This document shows, in pieces, positions 48,819 through 62,480 of a stretch of DNA of 64,000 nucleotides; within the stretch, counting starts at the first letter, position 1, and each line of letters starts with the position of its first letter. The stretch is taken from NCBI GenBank assembly GCA_965153455.1, contig OZ234493.1, positions 21,504,213-21,568,212 on the forward strand, in the 5' to 3' direction. The stretch comes from Sphagnum compactum (lineage: Eukaryota). The translations under genes were made by a program, and so were the position numbers. The notes below the pieces were generated by a model. The model was not told the DNA's origin. It saw nothing but the letters and a program-made list of their open reading frames with translations, and made no database searches.

Positions 48819-51549
48819 AAGGGAAAAGGAAAGTTTAAAAATCCAAGGTAAGTTCTAGAGGGGTGGCTGTAAAGTTTTGGTTTTGTGTGTGTCTTTGAGC
48901 AACCAGGACAACTCCTCCTCTAGTGATTGTGGGCTAAATTTTCCACTAAAAAATATTGACTTACCTGCCCGAAATCCATGGGTGTTGTTGGAACTTCTCC
49001 CCTAACCGTAGGTTCTTTGGGGGCAACCAAATTGGGCAGGTTGGTTTTCTTCAAATATGGAAAAGAAGTTTCTTCTTTGAAAGGATGGTGTTTGAAGATG
49101 AAGAAAATGGCCCAATGGGTAGTTCCAATTCACATGATTTCAGCATTTTTTTCTTTTTCCTTTCAGTGAGCGATGTGAGGCAAATCAAATTATTTCAGCG
49201 GCATGGTTGTTGAGTGTCACTTTGGGTTTTGGCAAGCAAGTGATGGAAATCCTTTGTAGTTAGAACTTCTTCACCGGCCTTGTCTACCCATAAGGGTAGA
49301 CTTATGGGTAGACATTAGGGTGAGAATTAAAAGTGTTGTGTCTAGAAGGAGAAAAACTAACCCAAATAATGAGGTAAAGTTTGCCAAACCATATGCGAGA
49401 CTTGATATTTTGGACCATCTTCAATCTTTTCAAGGCGAGGTTAATTTTGACATTTACATAATGGACTTATGAAACAATGATGGTCTTCTTTGACACCAAG
49501 GTCCATGCCTCCGAGTCCTTTTAAACCACTTGCTCCAGGAGTCTCTTCACCGAGGTTTGTTGTCAAGTTAGTACTTCCCTATACTACATGAATATGCTTG
49601 TGGGGGGCAGTTAGTTTTGGGAGTGGGATCTTTCCTCATTCCCTTCCACAAATGAACAAAAAACAGGGGTCAAAGGGGGCTCATTCTTTTCCCGTTACAA
49701 CCGTCCAACAAACCACATCACACTTGAACTAGCACATGTTTGTTCTGGAACTTTGAATTTTGTTTTACTGTAGAACATACGAAGTTGGTAAAATCCAAAT
49801 TGAAGGAAAAAGACCAATGTTATGAAAAATTACATTCAAGGAAAAAACCAACCACCTGTGACAAAAACAATGCCTTAAGGAAATGGTGTTGACCTTAACA
49901 ACAAATACAAAGAATGGACTAAAGTCGTACAATAAGTTATGAAGGTAGAACCAAAATTATTGAAGACGGGTTGAGTTTTAACTTGGAAAAATTTTAAATA
50001 CATTTTGTCCCTTTGCTTCATCCGTTTGCTTCACAGCCACAAGAAAATTTTGTAAAGTTTTTATTATTACTAGGTCAACAATTTATTAGCTGTTTAAATA
50101 AAGTAGGATTTTTTTCTGTGTGAAGCTCAGTTGGCTTTGAAATTAGCACATTAGCCTTTCTGGCCACAAGGAAACAAAACACGAACAAGACAAAACAAAA
50201 GAAAGCCAGAAAAAGAGCTTTTGGAACACAATTCAAAGTTGAGTGCGGAGTGGGCGGTGCCGTGGTGCCTTGGAGGCAGAGAAAAATAGCGGGGAAAATC
50301 AAAATACGGCTTTGATTTGCTTTTTCTTTTGTCTCCACAATGTTCTAGAAGGAGAGGTAGGGAGGGAGGGAGGAAGGGGGTGGAATGTGTGGCCTTCTGC
50401 AGAGGAGGCAACTGTGTTTGTCCTCTGTCCAAGTGACTGAACCCTAAATCCAATACAGCGCATCAACAACTTTCCAGATCTGTTTCATAATGGATGCCTT
50501 GTGAAGCACACATTGAGTGTGGAACCACAAACGTGTACAAAAACTGACAATTCCAACTGTTCGAGATACACTACATCCCCAAGCAAATAGTGAGCCCTTC
50601 TCTCTCAGTGTTGTGCCTATTTTATAGGCAGAAGGTGTCAGTGACACTGCAGCAGACGGTCCTTATTTTGAGATGGGCTGTTCTCGTAGGTGAGGGTTCT
50701 TCTAAGTTAGGCATCCTTTCAAGTGATCCTCCTCTTTCCTTATTTGATATGCTTCTCATGACTCTGGAGATGGTTCGGGAACTTTGATGTTCCACTTGTG
50801 ATTTGCCCTCTTAGATGGTTCTTTGGTCTCCTTGGACGTGGTCCTTCCATTTTGTTCCTTGTATTCCCCCTCTTTTGGGCACTTTGGTTTATTTTTGATT
50901 GGCAAGGTTTCATAAGTAGTGCTTTGAAGCCAGAGACAAATTTAGAACCAGTGTTGTGCTGTTCTTCTTTTTGAAGAGAACTTCCAGTTTCTGTTTTTTT
51001 TTTAAATAATTTTTTTCAAAAATTTATAATTGGAGATTTCTTGAGGTGTGTTTAGCCCAGTTCTTCTCATTTTAAAACCCTGGAGTTCAGTTTTAACACA
51101 TTTTTTCAAATTCAAGAACCTCTGAGCCTGGTTTAAAATTGGGTCCAATTTCATGTAAACATTACACATTTCTTTATGCTAAAATTTTATTGTATAAATA
51201 GAATTTTTATATCAAATTAAAATTAGAGTATAAATAAGTATGGAGTTCAAACAACTAATAAAAATTAATATTCAACTTTGAAATTGAACCCACTTATTGA
51301 ACCCACTTGTCAACTTTTTCAAAGAAGAAATTCAACTTTCTTACTTTAAAAACCTGCCCCTATTTTCAAGAATATTTTTCCACCATTTTAATTTTGTGTG
51401 TGGAAGACTAGTTCCAATGTCAGGTTCTTGTGTTGGTTCCAACAAAAAAATGTGAGCTTCAGGTCCAGACTCCAGACCACAGAAACCTCATCACCCTGAA
51501 CACCCAGTTTTAACACTGGAAACTGGCTACCCTCACGACACTGGAGATA

Positions 51550-51872
51550 GCCAGCACCGAGCAGGGTGCCATGAAGGATGAATGATAAGTGTCCAGGAAA
51601 CAGTTTTCTGTTGGGTTCCATTTCCCTTACTAACCATGGTGGTTAGTTCATTGCTTTTTCTTTCACTACCTACATAATAGTAGCATACCTACCAACAACC
51701 CCCTTGTTAGTAGATAGGTTGCAGAAACAGCCCTTATCTATGTATAAGCCATATACTTACCTAGTGCTCACCTATTTACTACATATCTACCTATATATAG
51801 GGCCTACTTCTTAGAATGGGTTACCAAGGTGGAAAAAATTCTACATTCTATCATTGGATGGTGTTCATCTAG
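51550..51872 (-). mobile_element. Diverged reverse copy of the 8055-8400 / 16385-16731 MITE family
   Basis: ccatgaaggatg...caggaaacagttttctgttg.gttcca.ttccct...taaccatggt...ggttaccaaggt is the reverse complement of the MITE interior. Confidence 0.7.
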
Positions 51873-52418
51873 TTTCCCTTGGCATAAATTTTTTTTTTGG
51901 ATGACATTGAATGAAGGGTTCAGTTAAAGCTAATTCACCAAATTTTGCAGAAAACCAATAAGATGTTGTACACATCTACTTACTGTGTCCACACTCTGAA
52001 CACCAAAAAAAAATATGTTCCAATTTAAACAGTCTAAACACTTTCACCAAAGAAACCGGTTCACCTAATGTGAAACCAGTTTTAATAAGGTAAAACTTCC
52101 AAAAGTTGGATCGAATGCAATAGTCCCTGTCCCTATGGGGGCAGGGCCCAACAAATAGACAAATTCGGGTTGTGAGTACGTCCACATTAGACAATCACTT
52201 TGTCCACTCATTATAGGCCAATGTAGAGCAATCATGTTGATGTTCAATATCTTATACAAGGATTAGATCTTGTGGACATTTAGCATTGTTGGTCCTCTCC
52301 ACCTTAAACCAGTTGTTTTTTTTTTCATCCAAAATATACTATGCATGCCAGTTACTGGTGGAAGCTGCTATTTTCAGTAGGCTAACTAGCAGACTCATGT
52401 TGATTACCTTGTCCATAT

Positions 52419-52858
52419 CTAGTGTGGCCTGTGCTGTTGGCCCAAGTGTGAACTCGTACTCAACTGATTTTTCCTTCCAAAACCTGGTTTTTTGGAATTT
52501 ATTTGAATTTTCAGTGACAGAAATCACTTAAAAATCAATATCTCCCACATTCTGAATCCAAATCTTACCAAATAAATTTCATTAAATCCTGCTCATCAAG
52601 ATCTTTCCAGGAACACCAAAGGCACATTCCCATTCCTCCGACATTTTCAGCTATGATTTAATTTAATTTTCAGTGAAGAAATCATTCAATATTCAAGAAC
52701 TGTTGCACCGCAAAGTCCAAATGTCATGGAACCAAGCCCATGCACCCCTCCTTGTTGAGAGCTTTCCAAAGACACCAAGAACACGATCTGAAGCATCCTG
52801 GTTCGATGGATCTCATAACTACAAAGCAAACTACCTTCTTCATAGATAGATAGATAGA
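52419..52858 (-). mobile_element. Single-module non-autonomous Helitron related to 20364-21322
   Basis: On minus: A|TCTATCTATCTATGAAGAAGG ... cacacttgGGCCaacagcacaGGCCacaCTAG (followed by A rather than T). Confidence 0.72.
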
Positions 52859-52918
52859 TAGCTGGAGGGAATATCCCCTGAGCTACTACACAAAGAACCT
52901 CCTTCCTTGTATGGGAAA

Positions 52919-53206
52919 AGAACTCGATAATTTTTATGAGGAGTACATATGTGATCTACAAGGTGAGAATTCAATAATTTTTTATGATGAATACATATGT
53001 GATCTACAAGGTGAGAATTCAATAATTTTTTATTATGAATACATATGTGATCTACAAGGTGAGAATTCAATAATTTTTTCATTACAAATACATATGTGAT
53101 CTACAAGGTGAGAATTCAATAATTTTTTATTACGAATCCATATATGATCTACAAGGTGAGAATTCAATAAATTTTTATTACGAATCCATATATGATCTAC
53201 AAGGTG
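52919..53206. repeat. 48-bp minisatellite, ~6 copies
   Basis: Unit catatgtgatctacaaggtgagaattcaataattttttattatgaata, with starts near 52946, 52994, 53042, 53091, 53139 and 53187. No variable spacers. Confidence 0.95.
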
Positions 53207-54954
53207 CATATAGATTGCTCTCACTTGATAGTACTGAATAAGTTAACAACCCAACATCCCATCCAAATTACCACACAAAGTACAAAGTTGAGGGATATGG
53301 GACTCTCCCATTCGGGCTTGTGATAGCTGGTACATTGAGATTTGTAGTCTATTTGCACATTGTTTCAAGCTTCTCATTTGGCCCCAAATATGATGCATTT
53401 AGGTCGGTACAAGCTTGTATCATCCTTGCATGCACCTTATGGCTCTCATTGGCTCTCCTCCATTATGCAACTTGGCTTTCACCTTCTTCACCCTTTCCAT
53501 GGACCTTCTGCATTTTCCTATGTCTTTATGTCCAAAAAACATTTTTTTGTCCTAGGTCAAATGGGAGTGTAGGTAGTTGTTACTATCTATCATGGACATA
53601 TGATTTGTTTTGTGGTCCCAGTGAGGTTTAAAGAACTGAAACCACTAGTTTCATACACTTTCCCAAAGCACCCACATAGAGCAAGTAGAATTTTGCTTTC
53701 TTGAACAAAAATTTCATCCATTCTTAGATAAAAAAGATGATGATGATGTTTTGTGCAAATCCACAAAAGGAACATGGGTGTACATCTTACATCAATTCCT
53801 CTTTGTTTTCATTAGGTACCTCAAGTTGCATGCCATGTTCTTTGAGTTCAAAATATCTAGTAAACTGCCCTTTAAGAAGAGAAGATCATTTGATTGAGTA
53901 CTGAAAGTATTCTTGTGTGCTTTGAAAAGGTAACTTAGAGGAAGAATATCATGAAAAAAAATGAAAAAAAGTAATTGAACATATTTCTAAAAGTTATTAT
54001 TGAGGAATTGTTTTTTAAATAAATTCTTAGTCTAGAGAATGGGAAATGGACCATTACAAGTGTTTTTTTCCCGCCCCACTTTTTTTACTTTTATATTGAT
54101 GTAATCTGATTTTTAATCTTTATGCAAAAGGTAAAAATTTTGTCAACATGTCATGCGAAAGGCTTTGATAAATGTCGACCATCACATGATTTTCTTTCAC
54201 AAGGAAATAGTATTCGACAAAGAAACATGATGACACATGAATAAAGGTGCAAAGGAAAGGGGATTTTAGAAAGGTACTAATATAATAACCAAGATAACAA
54301 GAAAAACTTTGCAATGTGATGCCATAGTTGTCCATGTGCTCCCATCAAAAGAAATGGAATATATTTGTTGGAAAAATAATAGTTCCCTCTTTCTAAAATG
54401 TAAATCCAAACTTTGTGATCTTATTAATGTATAGTCAGAGCCTTGCCAATAGCCACAACACCAATATTGCAATGCAATCACAATGGTGCCAAATTATCTA
54501 ACAAACATGAAAGCACAATTTGAACCATGTTTATTCTTTACACCAATTGGTAGCAAATTCTTTGAAATCTTCAACACATTCTATGTTACAACCAACATTT
54601 TATTAATGCAAATTTTAATCATTTGGAATACATCAAAATTTTCAATTGCTCAAAAGCAATCTTGTGTGATTAACAATCACAATGGTGATAAACATTGTGT
54701 CCATTGTTTATTATGGTTAGATCTTTCAACACTATAACACAACATGTGCAAAATGTCTTTAAACTATTCTAGCCATCTTTGATGTTCAAATCAAATAACT
54801 ATTGAAATTTCATTACACATAATACATGGGGAACCAAAGAAAAATGCTTTATATGGTTTTGCAATATTAAAACATCAAACAACACAATATATGATATGGA
54901 AGTAATAAACACATGGTCACACCTCCATTTGGTTGTTAATTTGTAAGCAAAAGT

Positions 54955-55231
54955 GTTTTTTTGTGTGGCAATGTTTGCATTTTTTAAATTGATATGCATT
55001 TTGGCGCATACAAAGGATTTTTGTGGAGAATTTGGCCCCAAATTTGCTAAAATTTGAAAGAAAATATGTGCAATCCCCATATCTCTACAATAGGTTCCAA
55101 CATGATGCATGTGACCAAAATAAGAAAAGATCCTTAATTTTTTATAATTTCACATTTTTTATATAGCCAAATTTGGCTAAATTTTCTAGTGGATGATCAC
55201 CATTTGGCTTCATCACAAATTTGAAAAAAAA
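54955..55231 (+). repeat. Dispersed repeat (SINE/LINE-tail-like family), copy 3, with A-tail
   Basis: Ends tagccaaatttggctaaattttctagtggatgatcaccatttggcttcatcacaaatttgAAAAAAAA. Confidence 0.55.
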
Positions 55232-56299
55232 CCATGTCACTTGCTCACAATTGACGCATGAACTCTAAACCCTAAACATACACTATATGCATGCAAGTTG
55301 CCAACATTTTAAAAAATAATTGCTTGTTTTTCACGAAATTGACTACATTGTTTGACCATATTAAAAGTTTTATTTCTACCCAAATTATAGTTTTTTGAAT
55401 AATTATGCCAAGGAACTAAATGCAAACTTGCAAAAAAAGAATGGTCAATCCAAATAAATGGGCTACCACAAACCCAAAATTTTCCTAGGGTCTAATTTGT
55501 AATAGTGGTTCCACTATTAATGTATACACCACATACATTGATGTTGCATGCATGAAATTAAATATGACTATGACTAATGAATAAGTCTTATAGCAAATTA
55601 TATAGTTTAAAAATAAATTGTTTGGTTGGAATCATATATGGTTTTAAACATTTCCATTCCAATTTTTTATTTTGTTGTGTTGTGTAGCATATCTTGCCAA
55701 CATTTGTGCTAGAAGAAACACAAACAAAATATTACATTAATTTTAAGAGTAGTACAAATGTGATTGCCCAACATGCCATATGTTTTTTCATAATACCAAG
55801 CTACTTTCTCATGGGAAACAAAACCAATTGAGAATGACGTAAAATATCTCATTTTTTGAAATAACACAAATAAAGGACTCCTTGAAACAATAATATTCAT
55901 AAACTAAAATGTACATTGTTAATAACTTTCAAAGAAGATCATTTTGAGTTTTATTTGTTTGTCGTAAAGATCTATGCCAAAAAATGGTATTAATAAGAAC
56001 ATGAATAATCCATTTTTGCTTCCACATTTAGGAACTAGAGTTCTACATGCAAATTTTTTGTAGAGGGGTGTTTTTAGTAGGTGAGTGAAGATGTTGTATT
56101 TTGTGCCATTGATTTTGCATAGATTGGGAGCTCACAAATTTGCCACCTTATCAAGAGTGAATTCCTACAAACATTGACATTAAAAAACAAGACATGTGAA
56201 TATAGATCCATTGAAATTCAAAATAAATACACATATATGCATTTAGATAGTATGAGTGTCACTTATTTACGCTTGAATTTCGATAAGATAGCCATTGGC

Positions 56300-59200
56300 T
56301 CATAAATGGGTCTTTTTTCTCACCAAATTCACCATAAGAAGTATTGGATGCAATTGAAAGGATTTTTGGAGTTCCAAATGTTCATTACACATTTCATTAT
56401 CACCTTCCATGCCAAAAATATCCTTATAGTTGCTCAACATTTAAGGATGTTAGCCCTTGAAGTTTTGAACACTTGTTAGCATAAGTATAACATCATAAAC
56501 AATATTATATACAAAGGAAAATAAAAAAGTGAATAATGTTTTTAAACCTATGCTTAGGGATAAACCCATGGACATATATTGTAAATGGATAAACTAAATG
56601 TTTCAATAAGAGCCTACATGAAAAAAATGACTTTTCATGCACACCACACCATGGTATCAAGCTTGCTTCCATGCACAAAGGATTCTTTGTGACATGGTTG
56701 GATATTCGATGGCCATTTGTAGGGTCAATTGATTTTTTCATTTTGTTCCAATAGCCTTCAAAACCAATTGTTGCATATCACCTTTGTGCACTTGAATTTG
56801 TTTATAATATGTCATCACATTGAAAATTTTAGCCTACAACTTAAGGACAAATGTTAATACAATGTTTTGCCATAATGTAGGCCATGAAAATATAAAGAAA
56901 AAATATTTTCTAAAAGATAATAGTTATATACCCCTATAGAAGGATAGACTCCATGGGTCAATGGTAAAACATTGATAGAACTCGAAGAAAAGATGGATCT
57001 CATTCTAGAAGCAATCAAAACTTGTTTCTTGCCTTTTGTTGTTGCTTATTAGTAGCATATAATATTAAGAATATTGGACTTCATCATTCAAGAATCTTTG
57101 ACTAGATGAAAACCCATAGCTCTTGTACAACTCATTAAAAGGTTCAAATTTTGCAATTTGGAGAATGGGCAAACCATCTAGGATATATTGAAAATAATCA
57201 AGTTTACAAAAAATGGTGATACTTGATTGTTCAACCATAGTTTTCAAGCCATTTGTTGCATTTAATTAATTGTTAGGATAATATTCAATGTGGTAGAGGT
57301 CTAAGATGAGAATTATAATCTACATAAAGGTAAATGAAACATGAACATTTGAAAATGAAATGAAATATTTTTGTGCAAAACACTTTGATTTTGTTCCAAT
57401 TTCTTGAGTATGGAGCAGTGGTTCCAATAAGCCAAGATTGTATCATATACCCATGAAATATTCTTTGGGGCCAATTTTTCAATATAAGAAAAAGGAAAAT
57501 TTCTCACAAAAGACATGACCTTGAAAGGATGTGATTACTTTGTTGTATGATCTTTCCCATGATTATCATTCTTCTTAAACATTGTGTCACATATTGTTTC
57601 TTTCTTGGCTAAAGGAGGTGTTGGGTGCATTCACTACGTAAAGAGCCATTCCTCTGCAACAAATGGTTGATTTTTTCATTGTTTCAAATCATAAATTAAA
57701 TTAATGTTGAAATTTGTGAATGAACTTGGACAACAATCTTCCTAATGTATAATGGAAAGAAACATTTGAAAATGTTTGAAATGATTTTAATGAGTATAGA
57801 GTACCCAAAAGCACATTTAATGTAATGTGATGTGTGTTTTTTCACTATACAATAATGTTTTTGAAAGTTTTAAAAAAACTTCAATGACATATTTAGAAGA
57901 TTCTCAAAATACAACTTTGCATAATATTATAATGTGACATTTTTTTGAGTATTATTTTTTTAATAAAAACTATGATCACATAAAAAATCATGTTTCTATG
58001 AATATTTCCCCAAAATGATTGATTGTATTTGACCATGTCACTTTGATTATACTACCCATTCTTTATAAAGATTTGATCAACTAAACACTTTTGGTTTTTA
58101 TAGACAAAATGCAACCTATCACAAAATTAACCTTCTCCTTGCTTGATGTAAAATCCATTCCCAATGTTTTTTCATCTTTTTCAATTTCATTAAATGAAAT
58201 TCAACAATTGTTGAAAATTCCTCCTACTCATTCATAATTTCATGGGATTTATATCATATGTAAATGGGGCAACTTGATTAACCAAATGGTCAACCTCTAC
58301 CTTCAAGCCAATTTCCCTTGAAGGTGTTGAACTTTTAGGACAATCAAAGCACTAGGCAACAATGTTTAGATGAGTAGGCAACCACTCCTTACCGATGCAT
58401 TCTGTTTACATATAATCTATACAATTAGGATCTTTTTTATTACTAATTGCCTTTAGAGGGCTTGCTAATGCTCCTCTGGTAACAAACTGAATATAACATA
58501 CCTAGAGGTTCAAAATGAAAATTTAATGAAATCAACACTAAAGGTGGCAAGATGGGATTAGGAAAAAGAAATGACAACATTTGAACTTGGTAATAATCCT
58601 TTGACATGCCATGGGTGCTCCAATTTGTTCATTACATTTTTGTTTGTATGAGACACCTTTGGGGTCAAGGAATCTAATTGAGAATACATGTTCTAGGTAT
58701 GCTATTTTTATTATTCCTTTGCAAAACATTTCATAGACACAAATTTGACCCTCAAGCAAAATTCAATTTTGAAGTCTCAAATCATGTCCTCCCAATCCAT
58801 TTCAACTATGTGGATGATCTAATCATGCAAAAATTTCAACTATTAATATTTGGAATTTTATGATATAAATGGAGAATTGTTGTCAGCAAAATAAAATGGA
58901 CAAAAAGAAATGGTTTGCTCAAAATCCTAAAATATGTTTTGACATAATCACATGGAAGTAGATTAAATTTTTTGTATGTATAAATAAAAAACCATTTATG
59001 GTAAATTTGTATACAAAAATTGCAAAAATTTAATATTATAAATTTTTTTTTAAAAATGTTTGAAATTGACAAATCAATATGGTGTTCAAACTACTTTTAC
59101 ATTAAAAGTTTCATAATGTTATGATCATAATTATAACACAATTTGGGAGCACGTAAGCATCTTTTAAGCCTCAATGAACTTGAAACTAAAAAAATAAAAA

Positions 59201-60500
59201 AATCACCTACTTGCAACCCATTTTGTGAAAGCAAAAATCTTGTTGCAAGTGGACCAATTTTTATGAATCTACTTAAATCTACTTTCAAAATGAGATTCTT
59301 CAACATTTTAATAATAAGGTGAAAGATTAACATCATATTAATCATTGGATAAATTAATATTTCTATTTTCAATACATTAAAGTTTTTGAATTGCTATTTG
59401 TAATTTTTTGAAACAAAACAATGATCCATCTACTTTACCTTGCTTTCACTTGAATAAGAAATGGAACACAACTTTGAAAAATTTGAATGAATAAAAACTA
59501 GATGGAATAAACATGAGATCATCATGCCCCTTTGGGGAAGAAACTTTCAAAGGATTTGTCACTTGTTAGAGCCTTTGGGAAATTCCTTTGTCCCTTTAAG
59601 ATCCTTTACTTGTATTCCAAATTCAAAGCCATTCCACTTTATGTTCAATTTCAACTTGACAACAAACAAGCTTGTAAAGTTTATCTTTTGTCACATAAAG
59701 TTCATCAATATTCTCATAATGAATCTATATATGTTCTAAAAAATAGACACCAAAGCCAAATTTGCAATTGTCATCAACTTTTGAAATGAACTAACATTAA
59801 AGTTCAATAATGTGGTCATTTGAATGAAAATACTTTTGGTCATAAGTTGTAGGACATGTAGTTTTTATTGCATTCTTCTCGTATTGTTGATATTGGTAGT
59901 TTAACAATTAATCAATTCAATTGGAATGTTTTGCTTCCCACAAATTGCATATCATATAAGTCATGGAATAGGTTGATTGTGACATGTGATGTCTCAACGT
60001 GTCTATACAAAGGAATTAAATGCAAGATAAAAAAATGAAATCAATTAAAATCATGCATAAAGATTGGAATTTGAACCTATCAATGGTTTTCATAGCTCGG
60101 TGGACAATGAATTCCATCCCTTTGGACAATACAACAATATTTGTTTATAGGTCAATACTTGTAATGTTTTCATAAGCATGAAACAATTTTTTGATAGTTT
60201 ATTTTGGTGGTTCCTACCCCCAACAATGAACATTTTGTTTGACAAAATCTTCATTTCCTTGTTGATTTGAAGGAACCTCTTTAAATGCATCATTAAATGT
60301 TTGGTCCAACGTTCATTCCATTACACTTTCACATTAGCAATGACATCCATCATGCCCATCAACATGGAATGGAATATGAAAAAAGTTTGAATTTTTTCAA
60401 TATATTTAGTATTTTGTTTTCAAATATCTTAATGTTGTGAACTCCATTGCCAACCTCACATATTGTATATCAACCATTTTACATCATGGTACAAATATAT
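56300..60500 (-). pseudogene. Highly decayed LRR-Roc-COR (TORNADO1-like Roco) pseudogene
   Basis: In order on minus: RI-type LRR-like pieces (LKRFLQINKEMKIL, MKTLQVL, KGTKEF/KALTSDKSFES, LKVDLS..KIGP); a P-loop-like KPFLF.H...TTIL (~58875-58920); a frameshifted LQ.WNFA..GQ G3-like motif (~58745-58775); PILPPLVLI; and a long nearly open COR-like frame at 58050-58400. By-eye only; boundaries approximate. Confidence 0.45.
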
Positions 60501-62186
60501 GAATATGGATTTTGGTTTATCCAACATGAGATTTAAGTTAATAATGTTTGCAAATTCCACCATTTGAACTTCCTACTTATAGTCCATGGTCTCATCATCT
60601 CCACACATGACTTCATCCCCTAATTCTCCATCCTCACCATGAGCACCTTCCCCCATAACAAATTCACCTTTATTTTTGTCCATAGGAATATAATTTTATT
60701 ATTAGTGGAAAGTTAATAACCATAATTGAACTCACAAGGAATGTACTAATAATTTTCTTACCTTTCCATGCATCCTTATGTTGCCCCTTAACATTTAGGT
60801 CAAGATTTTTGATTTTTTTCTTGCCAATGTGATGATACAAACCTTTTTAGATAATGAGTACCACTATTAGTGTATCCTTAGAGAAAATTAAATTACTTGA
60901 AAAACATGTATCATATTTCTTATAATCAATTCAATACATTAGGAAAATCCAACTCATTTTTCAACATACTACAACAACATTAAACCACGCTATAACATAA
61001 ACATGTTTTTTCAAGCTATTAAACTTCAAGTTAATGTGTCCCTTTTGATTAATAAAATTGTACATTTTGATTGGAGACAAAAGAAGCTGATTGGACATGT
61101 ATTTTTGACCAATGAAATTGACTAAAATGATGTTTTTACTATTAGTCAAATAAGACATCTAGTCAAATATGACAACAAAAAGACATCTCTATTAAAAAAA
61201 GACAACGATGTAATGAAATGGGGCATGATAATGTAAATGATGATTTGACTAATTGTACTATAAGTTGATATTACAAGTCAAGTGTAATCATAAATTTATG
61301 TTAATCTTGAATGTTAGTAAATGTAATCCCTAAGATTGGGGATTGATGGCAAATGGGTGGACTTGACTATTAGATTTGAAAAAATTGTGAATCTTTTAGA
61401 ACATGTATGGTACATGGGTTTAAGATTTTAAAATAATGTTATAAGATTCCTTGTTGTTGTTTCAACATTGCTTTTATTTTGTTCCATGTAAGTAATTAAT
61501 TTTGATGATAGGAGGATGTGTCTAAAAGTTGTAGATACAAAAAAAATTAAATTAATTCCATTTAGAATTAAAACATTTAATTGGAAAAATGTAGTAGGTA
61601 GTTCCTTAAATCAAAGTTGTTTATACAAGACATGAAGGATTCAATAGTGGTATTAGCATGATGATACTTACAAGGATAAGACACTTCATATTTGGGAATG
61701 CCACAACATGGTTCAATTTTTTGGACACATCTTGATTTCAAATAGTGTTCTAGTAGCCACTATTCAATCCCCCAATATTTTGCACAAACCCTATTCAAAA
61801 TTTTGCTACTTTCACCACCTTCGGTAATGTTGAAATGTTTGAATATATCCATGTTTGAACATTAAATTTCCATATTAGATATATTCAAAACATTATTGTA
61901 TAATATATATTTCATATTCAAATATATTGAGTATGAATATTTGAAAGAGTATTACAAACTTAATTTGTGAACATAAGTCAATTTCAAAACAATTCTCACA
62001 AATGATTTTAAATGTTATATATTATGTGCAACCAATGAATATATATTTAAATTTTTTTGAAAAGAAAAGTTCATTTGCTTTACTTAAGAAAGATTCATAA
62101 AAAAATACATTTCAAAGTTTGGATGTGTAAGAAGATTTGAAATGATCATGTCTATAAGAATGTGTGGACAAATTTTATCATGACAT

Positions 62187-62480
62187 GGAAGTGTGATGAG
62201 TTGGTTTAGGATTGGGTTGTGGCCTTGAAGGTCTAAGGTTAGACTCCTATTTTTAACATTTTATATTGCAACCTGTTACATGCCTAAGGGACTATAAGCC
62301 ACTAATGACCAATATGGTAGGTTGTAGGTACATACATTTGTAAATAGTAAGTAAATAAGTACTTGAATTGTAGGTAAATAAATATTGAAACTGTAGGTAG
62401 GTACATGATCTACCTACATACAAACTACTATCTACTTACTTACCTATTACAACCTACCTACACCTATCTGCTACCTATCA
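62187..62480 (+). repeat. tRNA-derived (SINE-like) head followed by a TAGG/CCTA imperfect palindrome
   Basis: A-box-like TGATGAGTTGG (~62195) and B-box-like GGTTAGACTCC (~62237). GTAGG-rich 62315-62403 is mirrored by CCTAC-rich 62409-62478. Confidence 0.35.

Noticed and set aside
50518-50912. Solo LTR (TG...CA with TGCCTATTTTATAGGCA palindromic TATA)
   Set aside because: LTR-like look, but no convincing 5-bp TSD, partner LTR, PBS or PPT.
50949-51518. hAT-type MITE with CAGTGTT...AACACTG ends
   Set aside because: Only a 7-bp terminal match and the 8-bp flanks differ (TTTAGAAC vs GAAACTGG). Probably repeat-derived, but boundaries are unsupported.
52919-53206. CRISPR array
   Set aside because: Units are contiguous and near-identical with no unique spacers, there are no cas genes, and the context is eukaryotic. 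It is a minisatellite, and the overlapping 16-aa-periodic ORFs are artefacts.
54250-54480. TET/JBP-like dioxygenase remnant
   Set aside because: Only a vague GTIIF....H resemblance and no HxD motif; an LRR-like reading fits at least as well.
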